A stretch of 64,000 nt of DNA. Source: Candidatus Latescibacterota bacterium (GTDB lineage Bacteria > Latescibacterota > UBA2968 > UBA8231). Position 1 is the first letter of the stretch, and each line of letters begins with the position of its first letter. Made by a program: the position numbers and the translations under genes. The notes beneath the pieces are model-generated. The model saw only the letters and a list, made by a program, of their open reading frames with translations. It did no database searches and was not told the DNA's origin. Positions 39,950 through 50,032 of this stretch are shown here, piece after piece. The DNA lies in assembly GCA_965219385.1 (NCBI GenBank), contig CBDCNM010000002.1:3668305-3732304 (forward strand). The letters run 5' to 3'.

Positions 39950-40828
39950 TCACCTGTCCCCCTCCCCCTCCCGGCCGCTGGCGAAGTAGCCGATGCGGTC
40001 GAGGTTTTCTCTGCCGCTTTCCAGCGAGGTGCGCAGATCGTTGTCCGTAACCGTCAGGTAGTCGCTGGTCTGGGGCCGCCCGCGCATGAACGCCTCGGCA
40101 TAACCGGTGTGGCCGAACCAGCCGTGGTAGCCGGCGAAGGCTTCGATCCGTTTGCGGGCGAACTCCGAGGTGTGTCCCTGGGTCTCGTAGAAGGCCTCGG
40201 CCTTGATGCGATTGGCGACCTGGTCCGAGATGTCGACGAAGAGATCGATGTCGGTCCAGCCGAACTCGACCCCGATATAATAAACCTGCGCCACCTTGTG
40301 GGGCGCGTGCTTGCGCTCGGGATCGGGCTGGGCGATGGACTGCATCGCCCGACCGACGGCCTGGCCGGTGGTGGCGTGGTCGTGGCTCCAGATGCTGGAC
40401 TGGTTGCGGTAGGGGTAATTGAAGGGCGCGTGGGTGATTACCAGGTGCGGGCGCACTTCGTAAAAAATCCCGGTCAGGGTGCGGTGCATTTCCGCTGTGA
40501 TGTTTATGGGATTGTCCGCAAAGGGCAGGACGCGCACGTCGGTGATTCCGAACAGGCCGCCCACCCGCTCCATTTCCTTCTGCTTGCGCTGCGCCTGCTC
40601 GGCGCGCGGTCGCTGCAGGATTTCCGCGCGCCGTTCGTGCTCGGGCTTGCGCATCTCGTCTTCGAGCTCCTCGTTGTGGGTGGTGACGCCGTCGGTCAAC
40701 GATGCCACGGTGACGCTGTCGCCCCTTTCGATGTGATGGGCGGAGGTCCCCAGGGTGTAGGTGACATCGTGCGGGTGAGCCGCAATGGTCAGCAGGCGGA
40801 GATGCTGCGGCAATTCCAGTTCGCTCAT
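39950..40828 (-). CDS. PIG-L/LmbE family deacetylase-like protein
   Basis: IAAHPHD, SLTDG, RPHLVITH, HDH, VDISD, YAEAF. Confidence 0.85.
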   Translation of the reverse strand: MSELELPQHLRLLTIAAHPHDVTYTLGTSAHHIERGDSVTVASLTDGVTTHNEELEDEMRKPEHERRAEILQRPRAEQAQRKQKEMERVGGLFGITDVRVLPFADNPINITAEMHRTLTGIFYEVRPHLVITHAPFNYPYRNQSSIWSHDHATTGQAVGRAMQSIAQPDPERKHAPHKVAQVYYIGVEFGWTDIDLFVDISDQVANRIKAEAFYETQGHTSEFARKRIEAFAGYHGWFGHTGYAEAFMRGRPQTSDYLTVTDNDLRTSLESGRENLDRIGYFASGREGEGDR

Positions 40829-40900
40829 GGTTTTCTGCTCCAGGTGATGGGTCGTCCCAGTCGCCCGCAAAGGCGAGGGTAAGAGAATGGCGACTGCTTC

Positions 40901-41081
40901 TCAGTACTTCACGGAATCGGCGGTTGGCCGTGCGGAGCTTGTGTCTCTGGCGTGCGGCCCAAGGCGCTCTTGCCCCGCTCCCCCTTCCCGCTGCTACGCC
41001 TCGCAGCCCCCACCGCCCTGCCGGCACCATCCCCTCCCGGCCTTGAGGTCCAAATATTTGCGGTATTTCGTCAAGTACTGA
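40901..41081. mobile_element. MITE-like element, about 180 bp
   Basis: Terminal inverted repeats TCAGTACTTCACGGAAT / ATTTCGTCAAGTACTGA (15 of 17); internal sequence recurs at about 46513-46640. Confidence 0.75.
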
Positions 41082-41228
41082 TACTGTAAACGGGTTAAAA
41101 TTGAACTTTTATTCAGTCTTTGACAAGTGTATCTTTTAAGGCGGCTTCTAAGAAATGAATATTCACTTTTTGCTCAGCCGCATACCCGTGATACAAATTG
41201 GCTGCGCCAGCCCGGTTGGAGACTCGCT

Positions 41229-43166
41229 ATGGACGATAGAGATGCAATGCTGCCGATCGACGGTCGGCTTTATCACTTCAGGAATTACCAGAGCGTATTC
41301 CCGATGCCCGAATGGGGTTCTCTGGCGCAGTGGAAGCAGGGACGCGAGAAAATTCGTCAGTATCTCTGGTTGTGTACAGGACTGAACCAGACGACTGCCG
41401 CCTTCAGGCCAAAGGCAAAGGTGGCGCGGCGGTTCGCGCACGAAGGGATCATCATCGAGAATATCCGGATCGAGACCCTGCCTGGCCTCTACGTAATGGG
41501 CAACCTTTACCGTCCAGAGGACAGCCGCAAGCCTCTGCCGCTCGTGCTCCATCCGCACGGCCACGGGATGAGGTCCAGGACGGTGCCGCTCTCTGTCGCG
41601 TCGGTGCCACATCGCGCCATGAACCACGCCCTCAACGGGTTTGCGGCCTTCGCGTGGTCGATGATCGCACACGACCAGGACGCAATGCAGATCGAGCATA
41701 GGGCGTTTCTGCAGGGCCCCGAGAAGGAGGTCTGCAATGTGCTTGGTCTGAGCCCGTTTGGTCTCCAGCTCCACAACGGCATGAAGGTGGTGGACTATCT
41801 GTGTGGTCGGCAGGACATTGACCCACGCCGGATCGGCTGCACCGGGGAATCCGGCGGCGCGACCCAGACCTACTACCTGGCAGCGCTCGACGACCGGATC
41901 AAGGTAACGGCCCCTGCCGTGATGCTGTCGGGACACTGGCAGGGCGGCTGCGTCTGCGAGAACGCCCCTCACCTCCACCTCGATTACAGCACCGTTCACT
42001 ACGCGGCCCTGAGCGCACCGCGACCGATGCTGCTGACGGGTTGTACAGGCGACTGGACGCACCACATCCGCGAACGTGAGTTTGCCAGCCTCAAACTGCT
42101 TTACAGGCTTTACGGCAAAGAGGACGCCATCGACTGCTTCTTCCAGGATGAAAAGCACAATTACGACCGCCGCTCGCGCGAGCGGGTGTGTGCCTGGATG
42201 AAACGCTGGCTGCAGAACAGCTCGTTTGCCGACAAGCGGATCCCCGAGTCCAAAAAGCCCGTTCCCAGGCCGGAGCAGCTTCTGGTACACGACGCGCCCG
42301 TGCCACCTGTGAAGCGCGTCATCCGGTCAAAGAAGGCCCTGATCCAGGTCTGGACGGACCTTCACCAGCGACCGGATTTAGCCGCTGAGACCCAGGCGCT
42401 TCTCGGACTCGAGCTTCCCGACAAAGCGGATTTGCTGATTCGTCAGCGCACGCCGAAGTACGCCTCCAGGGACAAGGTGTTGATCCAGAACCGGATCGAT
42501 TACAGCCGCTTCTCCGAGGACGGTCATCTGACCTGTCGGTTCGCACTGCCCGAGCGGGGCAACCGCATGCACCTGATCCTGAAGCGCTGGGCGGATGGCG
42601 GGGCATGGCAGCGCTTCGTGTCCAAACCTCCCGCCAGTGTCCAAAAGCTGATCGGCGCCGGTCACGGCGTGATCGTGCCCCTCTTGTTCGGGCAGAATCT
42701 GCCGCGGGGGATCGCCGATTTTCGCGCCGGTGTTGAGTCGAGCTACCTCTTCACCTCCTACAATCGAACAGCTCACGAGCACCAGGCGCGGGACATCGTG
42801 ACCACGGTTCGCCTGGCGCAAATGGAGATGGGTGTAGCCCCGGCCAATATCGTCGTTGTGGCCGCGCCCGGCGCGTCCCTGCTTTCACTGGTCGCGTGGT
42901 CCGCCCTGTGCGCACAGAAGGCGATCGGTCCGTTTGCCGGGGATTTTCGCGATATCGACTTCGCCAATCCCGCCCACTGGGTCAGGAACGCCTATTTCCC
43001 CCTGATTCTTCGCGGGGGCGGGATGAAGAGCCTCGCCAGGCTGTGTGGACGGAAGCGCGGTCTGGCTGCCGGCGTCGCCCGGAATCAGAGCGGTGTTCTA
43101 CCTGCCGGCTTCACCATCCGCCAGAAGCCGCTCAGCCTGGACGAACTGCTTACCGCATGGGTTTGA
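41229..43166 (+). CDS. Acetylxylan esterase-like alpha/beta hydrolase
   Basis: GNLYRP, HPHGH, nucleophile elbow TGESGG, GGCVCEN, HNYD; degenerate second domain. Confidence 0.85.
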   Translation: MDDRDAMLPIDGRLYHFRNYQSVFPMPEWGSLAQWKQGREKIRQYLWLCTGLNQTTAAFRPKAKVARRFAHEGIIIENIRIETLPGLYVMGNLYRPEDSRKPLPLVLHPHGHGMRSRTVPLSVASVPHRAMNHALNGFAAFAWSMIAHDQDAMQIEHRAFLQGPEKEVCNVLGLSPFGLQLHNGMKVVDYLCGRQDIDPRRIGCTGESGGATQTYYLAALDDRIKVTAPAVMLSGHWQGGCVCENAPHLHLDYSTVHYAALSAPRPMLLTGCTGDWTHHIREREFASLKLLYRLYGKEDAIDCFFQDEKHNYDRRSRERVCAWMKRWLQNSSFADKRIPESKKPVPRPEQLLVHDAPVPPVKRVIRSKKALIQVWTDLHQRPDLAAETQALLGLELPDKADLLIRQRTPKYASRDKVLIQNRIDYSRFSEDGHLTCRFALPERGNRMHLILKRWADGGAWQRFVSKPPASVQKLIGAGHGVIVPLLFGQNLPRGIADFRAGVESSYLFTSYNRTAHEHQARDIVTTVRLAQMEMGVAPANIVVVAAPGASLLSLVAWSALCAQKAIGPFAGDFRDIDFANPAHWVRNAYFPLILRGGGMKSLARLCGRKRGLAAGVARNQSGVLPAGFTIRQKPLSLDELLTAWV

Positions 43167-43299
43167 ACCCCCCAGAGACATCGAAGCTTCAGTGCGCGAA
43201 TTTGAAGGAAAAGAAGCAGGCTCGCGCCTGGTGGTCAGAGATCCCTGGGGCCGAGTTGTTTGGTTCGTCCGATGGCCATGCGCTAGGGATGCCTTCGAT

Positions 43300-43790
43300 T
43301 CAATAGGAAACCTTGATCCACATCTTGTTCGCTTCGACGGCGCCGCTGGTGGCCGAGATTTCCACCTTGTTGCGACCGGCGATCAGGTAGTCGAGTTCGA
43401 CCGGGCAGGTGATCGCGATACCCTCTCGATGCTGTTCGACAAGGACATGTCCGTTGACCGCAAACTCCAGGCTGTCGGCCTCGATTAACTCGATCATTTC
43501 CACCCGCAAGACGATCCGCCGGGGCCTCGGAGGCCGGGTGAGATCCTCGCCGACGAGCACCGGCACCTCGACCTGCTCGCCCGTCTTGAGCGCACTCGGA
43601 AGGACGCAGTGCATCCAGTTGTGCGGACGCCCACGACGGCTGTCCTCCCCGGTCGGCGGCGAACTCCTTGTCCTTGCCAGCGAGCGCAGGCGTTCGGGCT
43701 CGTCGATTTCCCGCAGGAGCTCCATCTGGTGCCCAAACTGGCCATGGTGCTCTTCCTCCGGATCCAGCTGCGCCGGACGGCAGGTTAACG
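43300..43790 (-). pseudogene. C-terminal remnant of a larger, probably glycoside hydrolase-like, protein
   Basis: LLREIDEPERL...LVGEDL...LRVE...FAVNG...LIAGRNKVEI beta-sandwich tail; no room for an N-terminus after the upstream gene. Confidence 0.5.
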
Positions 43791-43794
43791 AAAC

Positions 43795-44757
43795 TCAGAG
43801 AACCACCTCCCGGCCGGTCCGGGCCGACTCCTTGCAGGCCGCCATCACCCGGACCAGATCGCGGGCGTATGCGGGGGTCACCTCGGGCGGAGTGTGGTTT
43901 TCGACCGCGGCGATGAACGACTCCAACTGCCGGGCGAAGGCGTCGTAGGACTCGTCTACCTCGTAGTGCTCGTAGGTACCGCTCCGACCAATGCGGACTT
44001 GGTCGTCGAGCCCGATCATGCCCTCGGTGCAGACAAAGTCGGTGTTGGATTTAGTGGCGCCGTGCTGCCACCACACGTGGATGAGGGTGGAGTAGACCCC
44101 GTTTTCGAAGTGGAGCAGGGCCACGGCCACATCGTCGGCCGAAAATTCGTAGAAGCGGCTACCGATCATCGCCTTGACCGCCTGTACAGGGCTGCCGGTC
44201 CACCAGCAGGAGCGGTCGATCAGGTGGATGCCATTCTGGTACCACAACCCGCCCTGCGTGGCCGCGTCCAGGTACCAGGCTGCCCGCTGCAGCCCAAAGG
44301 GCCGGTAGCCCTCGTCGCGGATCATGACCAGGTCCCCCAGCTCTTTTTGGTCCAGCAGGCGCTTGACCGCCAGGTTGTGGGGAAAGAAGTGGTGCATGTG
44401 CCCCACGCTGAGCAACCGGTCGGCACGCTCGGCCACTTCGATCATGCGGTCGCACTGCTCCACATCGACGGCCATGGGCTTTTCCACCAGCACGTGCCGA
44501 CCGGCTTCCAGCGCGGCCACGGTCGCCTCCAGGTGCAGAAAGTGTGGTAGACAGACCACCACGAGGTCCACCTCTTCGTCTTCCACCAGATCGCGGTAAT
44601 CGGCGTAGCCCCGGCAGCCGTATTGCTCCTGCGCGCGCGCCAGTTTCTCTCCGTCGATATCCGAGGAGGCCACCAGACGGGCCGACTCGACCTTTTCGAT
44701 CGCCTCCAGGTGGCGCGAGGAGACCCCACCCAGTCCGATGATGCCGATGTTTTGCAC
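43795..44757 (-). CDS. Gfo/Idh/MocA family oxidoreductase
   Basis: GIIGLGG, LPHFLH, VEKPMA, NGIHLID. Confidence 0.93.
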   Translation of the reverse strand: MQNIGIIGLGGVSSRHLEAIEKVESARLVASSDIDGEKLARAQEQYGCRGYADYRDLVEDEEVDLVVVCLPHFLHLEATVAALEAGRHVLVEKPMAVDVEQCDRMIEVAERADRLLSVGHMHHFFPHNLAVKRLLDQKELGDLVMIRDEGYRPFGLQRAAWYLDAATQGGLWYQNGIHLIDRSCWWTGSPVQAVKAMIGSRFYEFSADDVAVALLHFENGVYSTLIHVWWQHGATKSNTDFVCTEGMIGLDDQVRIGRSGTYEHYEVDESYDAFARQLESFIAAVENHTPPEVTPAYARDLVRVMAACKESARTGREVVL

Positions 44758-44984
44758 GGGCCGCTCCTTTCTCAGAAGCCGTCTCAATTTGATAGCAACC
44801 TGAAATCGGCCGCGAGATTTCATCTAATGTCATAAATACTTGTTTCTGCACGGGAAATACCAACATTATAGGTGCGCCATTTCTTACGGTTCCCCCAGGG
44901 ATGCCATACCGTCCAGCAGCAATATACCTTGCGAAATAGTCGGGCGCAACCCATCCCAATACCTCTTGCAAGGAAACTTACTAC

Positions 44985-45014
44985 TTGACTTACAACCGAA
45001 AAGCTTTTTATAAT
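44985..45014 (+). promoter_or_regulatory. Sigma70-type promoter
   Basis: TTGACT-18 bp-TATAAT upstream of the 45071 ORF. Confidence 0.55.
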
Positions 45015-45070
45015 TCTTCAATACTGCATCCCGACTGCATCCCGGGCCTCATAAAAGAAAAGAGCAAGCC

Positions 45071-46420
45071 ATGGATGATACAGAAAACCGCGTCACAGGA
45101 GTGTGTTTCCCGGGTGGGGGAAGGAATATCGTTGGTCTGGTAGCCTTGATTGCCGGTCTGGTTCTGGCGACGGGAACCGCAGCTTCGGCGCAGGGAGATG
45201 GTTTCATCGAAATAGACGGCAAGCGGACCTTTCCGATCGGATTTTACGAGTTGCCGCAAAGCGACGAGGCCTTGAAGGAGATGGCCGCTCACGGCGTCAA
45301 TCTGGTCCGCTGCGGCAACAGAGCAGACCTGGACCGCGTCGCTGCGGCGAAGATGAAGGCCTGGATCCCCCTCGGCGTCCAGCAAGGGGATACGCAAGAA
45401 CTCAGGGAGCGCATCAAAGCGGTCAAAGATCATCCCGCACTCGCTGTATGGGAGGGTCCCGACGAAATCATCTGGACCTTTACCGCCTATAGTATCCTGC
45501 ATCGCACCAGACACATCTACCAGTACCCGGACGAGTGGTGGCGTCAGACGCCGCTGGCTATGGAATACTCTGAGAAGGAGGGTGCGAGGATACTGCCGAA
45601 AATCCGTCAGGGCATCGAGCTGGTCCGGTCCCTCGACGACCGGAATCTCCAGTTCTGGATCAATGAGGCGCGCGACAGCGATGTTAAATGGGTCAGGGAG
45701 TACCTGGACCACATCGACATCGTCGGGTGCGATTACTATCCGATCAAAGGAAAACACCGCGAGGCAGTAAAGCTGGGGAAAGCAACCGAGCGGTGGGTGA
45801 AGGTCGGAAAGGGCAAGCCGGTCTGGATGGTCCTCCAGGCCTTTTCCTACAGTCAGACAGGTGAGCCGGGCACCTTTTACTGGGCGGAAGAGACTTACTC
45901 GTCGTTCGATGAATCGCGTCTCATGGCCTATATTTGCCTGGCGTATGGTGCCAGGGGATTGATGTACTGGGGATCGTTCCAGAAGGGGACCTCACCCGCC
46001 TTTCGGCAGTCGCTGTACGCCCTGACGAGCGAACTGGCGCACTTGCAGCCCTTTCTCGTCGCCGCCGACCAGAGTGGGGTTTCAGCGACGGTCATTGAGG
46101 GACGCAGCAGACGCGGCGATCCCTGGCCCCCACCGGTGCGCCTGGGCGTCCGCTGCGTGGCCCGAAACGTGGGGAGAGACTGGCTGATCGTCCTGGTCAA
46201 CGAGGACGACGCACCGCACTATGGTGTCGTGGTATCCGGACTGGACGCACTCGAGGGCCAGCCCCTGGAACTGCTCTATGGGACGGAAACGGCGATGGTA
46301 AAGTATGGAGAATTCGTCACCAGAATAAAGCCTTTCGAGGTCAAGGTGTTCGCAACCAGTCGAGCGTGGGAAACAGATCGTCTCACGGGAAGGGACTACG
46401 AGGGCGTATTCGTGGAATGA
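45071..46420 (+). CDS. Secreted hypothetical protein, glycoside hydrolase-like TIM barrel
   Basis: Signal peptide; FPIGFY, HPALAVWEGPDE, DIVGCDYYP, KPVWMVLQAF, GARGLMYW. Confidence 0.75.
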   Translation: MDDTENRVTGVCFPGGGRNIVGLVALIAGLVLATGTAASAQGDGFIEIDGKRTFPIGFYELPQSDEALKEMAAHGVNLVRCGNRADLDRVAAAKMKAWIPLGVQQGDTQELRERIKAVKDHPALAVWEGPDEIIWTFTAYSILHRTRHIYQYPDEWWRQTPLAMEYSEKEGARILPKIRQGIELVRSLDDRNLQFWINEARDSDVKWVREYLDHIDIVGCDYYPIKGKHREAVKLGKATERWVKVGKGKPVWMVLQAFSYSQTGEPGTFYWAEETYSSFDESRLMAYICLAYGARGLMYWGSFQKGTSPAFRQSLYALTSELAHLQPFLVAADQSGVSATVIEGRSRRGDPWPPPVRLGVRCVARNVGRDWLIVLVNEDDAPHYGVVVSGLDALEGQPLELLYGTETAMVKYGEFVTRIKPFEVKVFATSRAWETDRLTGRDYEGVFVE

Positions 46421-46502
46421 GAAGCGAACTGCCCACGCACATCCGCCAATGCGGAATACGGTCTGGTGCCGGGGATCAGGTGGATACTGGGCATACGCTT
46501 AA

Positions 46503-46710
46503 TCAGTACCATTACTTCACAGAATCGGCGGCCGGCCGTGCGGGGATTGTGTTCGGGCGTTTTATGATGCCCAGGGCGCTCTTGCCCCGCTCCCCCTTCC
46601 TGCTGCTACGCCTGCTCGCAGCCCTCCCCAGGCCGGCCTGAGTCCCAGAGCCCCCTTTTCCCCGCTTTCCATCCCCTCCCTGCTGCCGCGCCTGCTCGCA
46701 GCCCACCTCA
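46503..46710. repeat. Degenerate second copy of the 40901 MITE, with internal duplication
   Basis: Shares TACTTCAC.GAATCGGCGG..GGCCGTGCGG and GGCGCTCTTGCCCCGCTCCCCCTTCC.GCTGCTACGCCT; CTGCTGC..CGCCTGCTCGCAGCCC occurs twice. Confidence 0.8.
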
Positions 46711-46774
46711 CCCTCTCCACAAAACGCCGCCGTTCCCATACCTACAACAGTTCCCTGTGAGAGGAGGTTGGTAA

Positions 46775-47563
46775 ATGGATCTGCAAATACAAGGAAAAGT
46801 GGTATTGATCACGGGTGGCAGCAAGGGCATTGGTCTGCGCACCGCCTTGGAATTCGCCCGCGAAGGATGCAAAGTGGCCGTCGTCGCCCGCGGAGCCGAA
46901 GACCTGCAGCAGGCAGCTACACAGATCGGCGCCCAGGGCGCGGAAGTGTCCCCCATTCAGGCCGATGTGAGCCGCCCGGAGGACGCAGCCCGGATAGTCG
47001 ACTCCTGTGTTGAACAGCTGGGGGCACTCGACATTCTGATCAACAATGTAGGTGGCAACGTCGGCGCCCGAAAATTGCTGGAGAGCACGGACGCGGACTG
47101 GCTGGCGACCTTTGAGCTGAACCTGCACGCGGCTGTGCGCCTGACGCGCCAGGCCGTGCCCCACCTGCGCGCCCGACCGGGTGCGGCCGTGGTCCACATT
47201 TCGTCCATTTCGGGCTGGACCGAGCAGTTGGCCGGCAGCGGCCAATACGGCTCGTCCAAGGCGGGATTGATTTTCCTGACCGAGATCATGGCCCTGGAAC
47301 TGGCCAGCGACGGCATCCGCGTCAATGCGGTATCCCCTGGTTCGATCATCTGGGAAGGGGGCGGCTGGGACCAGGCCCGCCAGAGCCAGCCCGAGGCCTT
47401 TGGCGCCTATGAGCTCAATGGTTTTCCCATGGGCCGGCTGGGGCATCCCGAGGAGGTGGCCGACGTCGTCGTCTTCCTGGCTTCGCCCCGGTCCAACTGG
47501 ATCAATGGGCGCAATATCCCGGTGGACGGACTTGAACAACCCGTGCCTTTTTATACCTTTTAA
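46775..47563 (+). CDS. SDR oxidoreductase
   Basis: TGGSKGIG, NNVGG, YGSSK, SPGSI. Confidence 0.93.
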   Translation: MDLQIQGKVVLITGGSKGIGLRTALEFAREGCKVAVVARGAEDLQQAATQIGAQGAEVSPIQADVSRPEDAARIVDSCVEQLGALDILINNVGGNVGARKLLESTDADWLATFELNLHAAVRLTRQAVPHLRARPGAAVVHISSISGWTEQLAGSGQYGSSKAGLIFLTEIMALELASDGIRVNAVSPGSIIWEGGGWDQARQSQPEAFGAYELNGFPMGRLGHPEEVADVVVFLASPRSNWINGRNIPVDGLEQPVPFYTF

Positions 47564-47645
47564 AAATCATGAGCAACTGACCAGAGAATAACACAATTTC
47601 TTCAACCCTGTGGAAAACCGCGTCAATGCGAATTCCTGAAGACCC

Positions 47646-49643
47646 ATGACGACAAAACTGCAGTGGGGCATCATCGGTCCGGGCAGCATCGCTAGGGCCT
47701 TTGCCAGAGGCGTAGCCGGATCGCAGACCGGAGAAGTGGTGGCCGTGGGCAGCCGCTCGCAGGAGTCGGCCGACCGCTTTGCCCGCGAGTTCGACCTCGA
47801 GAGACGCTACCCATCCTATCAACAATTGCTCGAAGACGACCAAGTGCAGGCCGTGTACGTGGCCACACCCCATCCCATGCACCCCGAGTGGGTGGTCAAG
47901 GCGGCCGAGGCAGGCAAGCACATCCTCTGTGAAAAACCTCTCGCCATCAACCAGGCGCAGGCCATGGCCATGTGCGATGCGGCCGCGCGGCACGACGTGT
48001 TCCTCATGGAGGCCTTTATGTACCGCTGCCACCCGCAGACGCAAAAACTGGTCGACCTGGTCGGCAACGGCGCCGTGGGCCAGGTGCGGGCCATGCAGGG
48101 CAGCTTCGCCTTCAATGCGGGATTCAACCCAAAAGGTAGGCTTTTCGCCAGGGAACTGGGCGGCGGCGGCATCCTGGACGTGGGTTGCTACCCGGTGTCC
48201 ATGGCGCGTCTGATCGCCGGTAGAGCACACGGCCTCGACTTTGCCGAGCCGGAAGAAGTGCACGCCGTCGGGCATCTGTGCGCAACCGGCGTGGACGGCT
48301 GGAGCTTCGCCGTCCTGAAATTTGCGGGCGCTATCATCGCGCAGGTCGGCACCGGCGTGCAGGTGGCCATGGACAACACCTTCACCATCTTCGGCAGTGA
48401 GGGCAAGATCGTGGTCCCTTCGCCATGGTTCCCGGGCCGCGAAGGCGGCGCGGCCATCATCCAGCTGTACCAAGGCGGAGACGGCCCCGAGGAAATCGAG
48501 ATCGCCAGTCCTGTACCGCTCTACGGCATCGAGGCGGACACCGTGGCAAAATACATCGACCACCGCCAGGCCAAAGCGCCGGCCATGTCCTGGGCCGATA
48601 CCCTGGGCAATATGCACACTCTCGACCGCTGGCGGGAGGCCATCGGCTGCCGCTTCGAAGAGGAAAAACCCGGGAACCCGCCGCGCACCATCCACGGCCG
48701 GCCGCTGGCGCGCCGCAAGGGTCACACCATGCGCTATGGGTCGGTCCCCGGTGTCGACAGGCAGGTGTCGCGGGTGGTGCTGGGGTGCGACAATCAGGAG
48801 ACCATGCCGCACGCAGCGGCGATGTTCGATGGGTTCTTCGAGGCCGGCGGCAATACCTTTGACACTGCCTATATCTACGGCGGCGGGCAGCAGGAACGGC
48901 TACTGGGGGAGTGGATCAAATACCGCGGCATCCGCGACCAGGTGGTCATCATCTCCAAGGGCGCCCATTCCCCCAACTGTTTCCCCGACAAGATCACCAG
49001 CCAGTTGCACGAAAGCCTGGCGCGGCTGCAGACCGAGCGCGCCGACATCTACTTCATGCACCGCGACAACCCGGCCGTGCCGGTGGACGAGTTCGTCGAC
49101 GTGCTCAACCAGCACCGGGAGGCTGGTCGCATCGGCGCCTTTGGCGGCTCCAACTGGTCCATCCAGCGCGTGTGGGAAGCCAACCTCTACGCTGAAAGAG
49201 AGGGCAAGGCCGGCTTTGCGGTGCTGAGCAACAACTTCAGCCTGGCGCGGATGGTGGATCCGGTGTGGGGCGGCTGCCTGGCGGCGTCGGACCCCGAGTA
49301 CCGGCGCTTCCTGGAGGAGAGCCAGCTGTGCCTGTTGCCTTGGTCGAGCCAGGCCCGGGGCTTTTTCCTCGGCCGCGCCCATCCGGACGAACGCGCCGAC
49401 CAGGAGCTGGCGCGCTGCTGGTACAGCGACGACAACTTCCAGCGGCTGGAACGGGTCTACGAGATGGCCCGGGAACGCGACGTGCTGCCGCTTAACATCG
49501 CCCTGGCCTACGTGCTCTGCCAGCCCTTCCCGACCTTTCCCCTGATCGGCCCGCGGACCCTGGAGGAACTGCGCACCAGCCTGCCGGCCCTGGACCTGGA
49601 GCTGAAACCCGAGGAACTGCGCTGGTTGAATCTGGAAGACTGA
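47646..49643 (+). CDS. Gfo/Idh/MocA oxidoreductase fused to an aldo/keto reductase
   Basis: N-terminus GPGSIA, CEKP, DVGCY; C-terminus [28 protein letters not shown]. Confidence 0.93.
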   Translation: MTTKLQWGIIGPGSIARAFARGVAGSQTGEVVAVGSRSQESADRFAREFDLERRYPSYQQLLEDDQVQAVYVATPHPMHPEWVVKAAEAGKHILCEKPLAINQAQAMAMCDAAARHDVFLMEAFMYRCHPQTQKLVDLVGNGAVGQVRAMQGSFAFNAGFNPKGRLFARELGGGGILDVGCYPVSMARLIAGRAHGLDFAEPEEVHAVGHLCATGVDGWSFAVLKFAGAIIAQVGTGVQVAMDNTFTIFGSEGKIVVPSPWFPGREGGAAIIQLYQGGDGPEEIEIASPVPLYGIEADTVAKYIDHRQAKAPAMSWADTLGNMHTLDRWREAIGCRFEEEKPGNPPRTIHGRPLARRKGHTMRYGSVPGVDRQVSRVVLGCDNQETMPHAAAMFDGFFEAGGNTFDTAYIYGGGQQERLLGEWIKYRGIRDQVVIISKGAHSPNCFPDKITSQLHESLARLQTERADIYFMHRDNPAVPVDEFVDVLNQHREAGRIGAFGGSNWSIQRVWEANLYAEREGKAGFAVLSNNFSLARMVDPVWGGCLAASDPEYRRFLEESQLCLLPWSSQARGFFLGRAHPDERADQELARCWYSDDNFQRLERVYEMARERDVLPLNIALAYVLCQPFPTFPLIGPRTLEELRTSLPALDLELKPEELRWLNLED

Positions 49644-49912
49644 AGACCGCTTGCTTCCTGGGTATTCATCGCGATGGGCCCCCGAGGCGACCGGCTCCTC
49701 GAGCGGCTTGCCCGATACCATCGGGAAGCGGATGCCCGCGTCGCCGGCTGGAACGTCACTCCGTCGCCGCTGTCGAAGAGTACCAGCGACCGGTTGCCCG
49801 TTTCCTCGACCCCCGCCACATCGCTGGTTCCCACCCGTTCCGGGCGCACCACCACAGCCTGGGAGGCGTCGCGGAACAGGCCCGCGCTTCGATACACATG
49901 GGCAAGGGCGTG

Positions 49913-50032
49913 TCCTTTGCGACGCACTTACTGGAAGCCGGCTACGACATCCGCACGGTGCAAAAGTTACGCGGTCATAAAGAAGTCAGCACGACGATGG
50001 TCTATACCCACGTGCTCAATCTGGCTCCCTGA
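49913..50032 (+). pseudogene. intI: C-terminal fragment of an integron-type tyrosine integrase
   Basis: Own translation [39 protein letters not shown], matching IntI box II including the catalytic Tyr. Confidence 0.85.
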
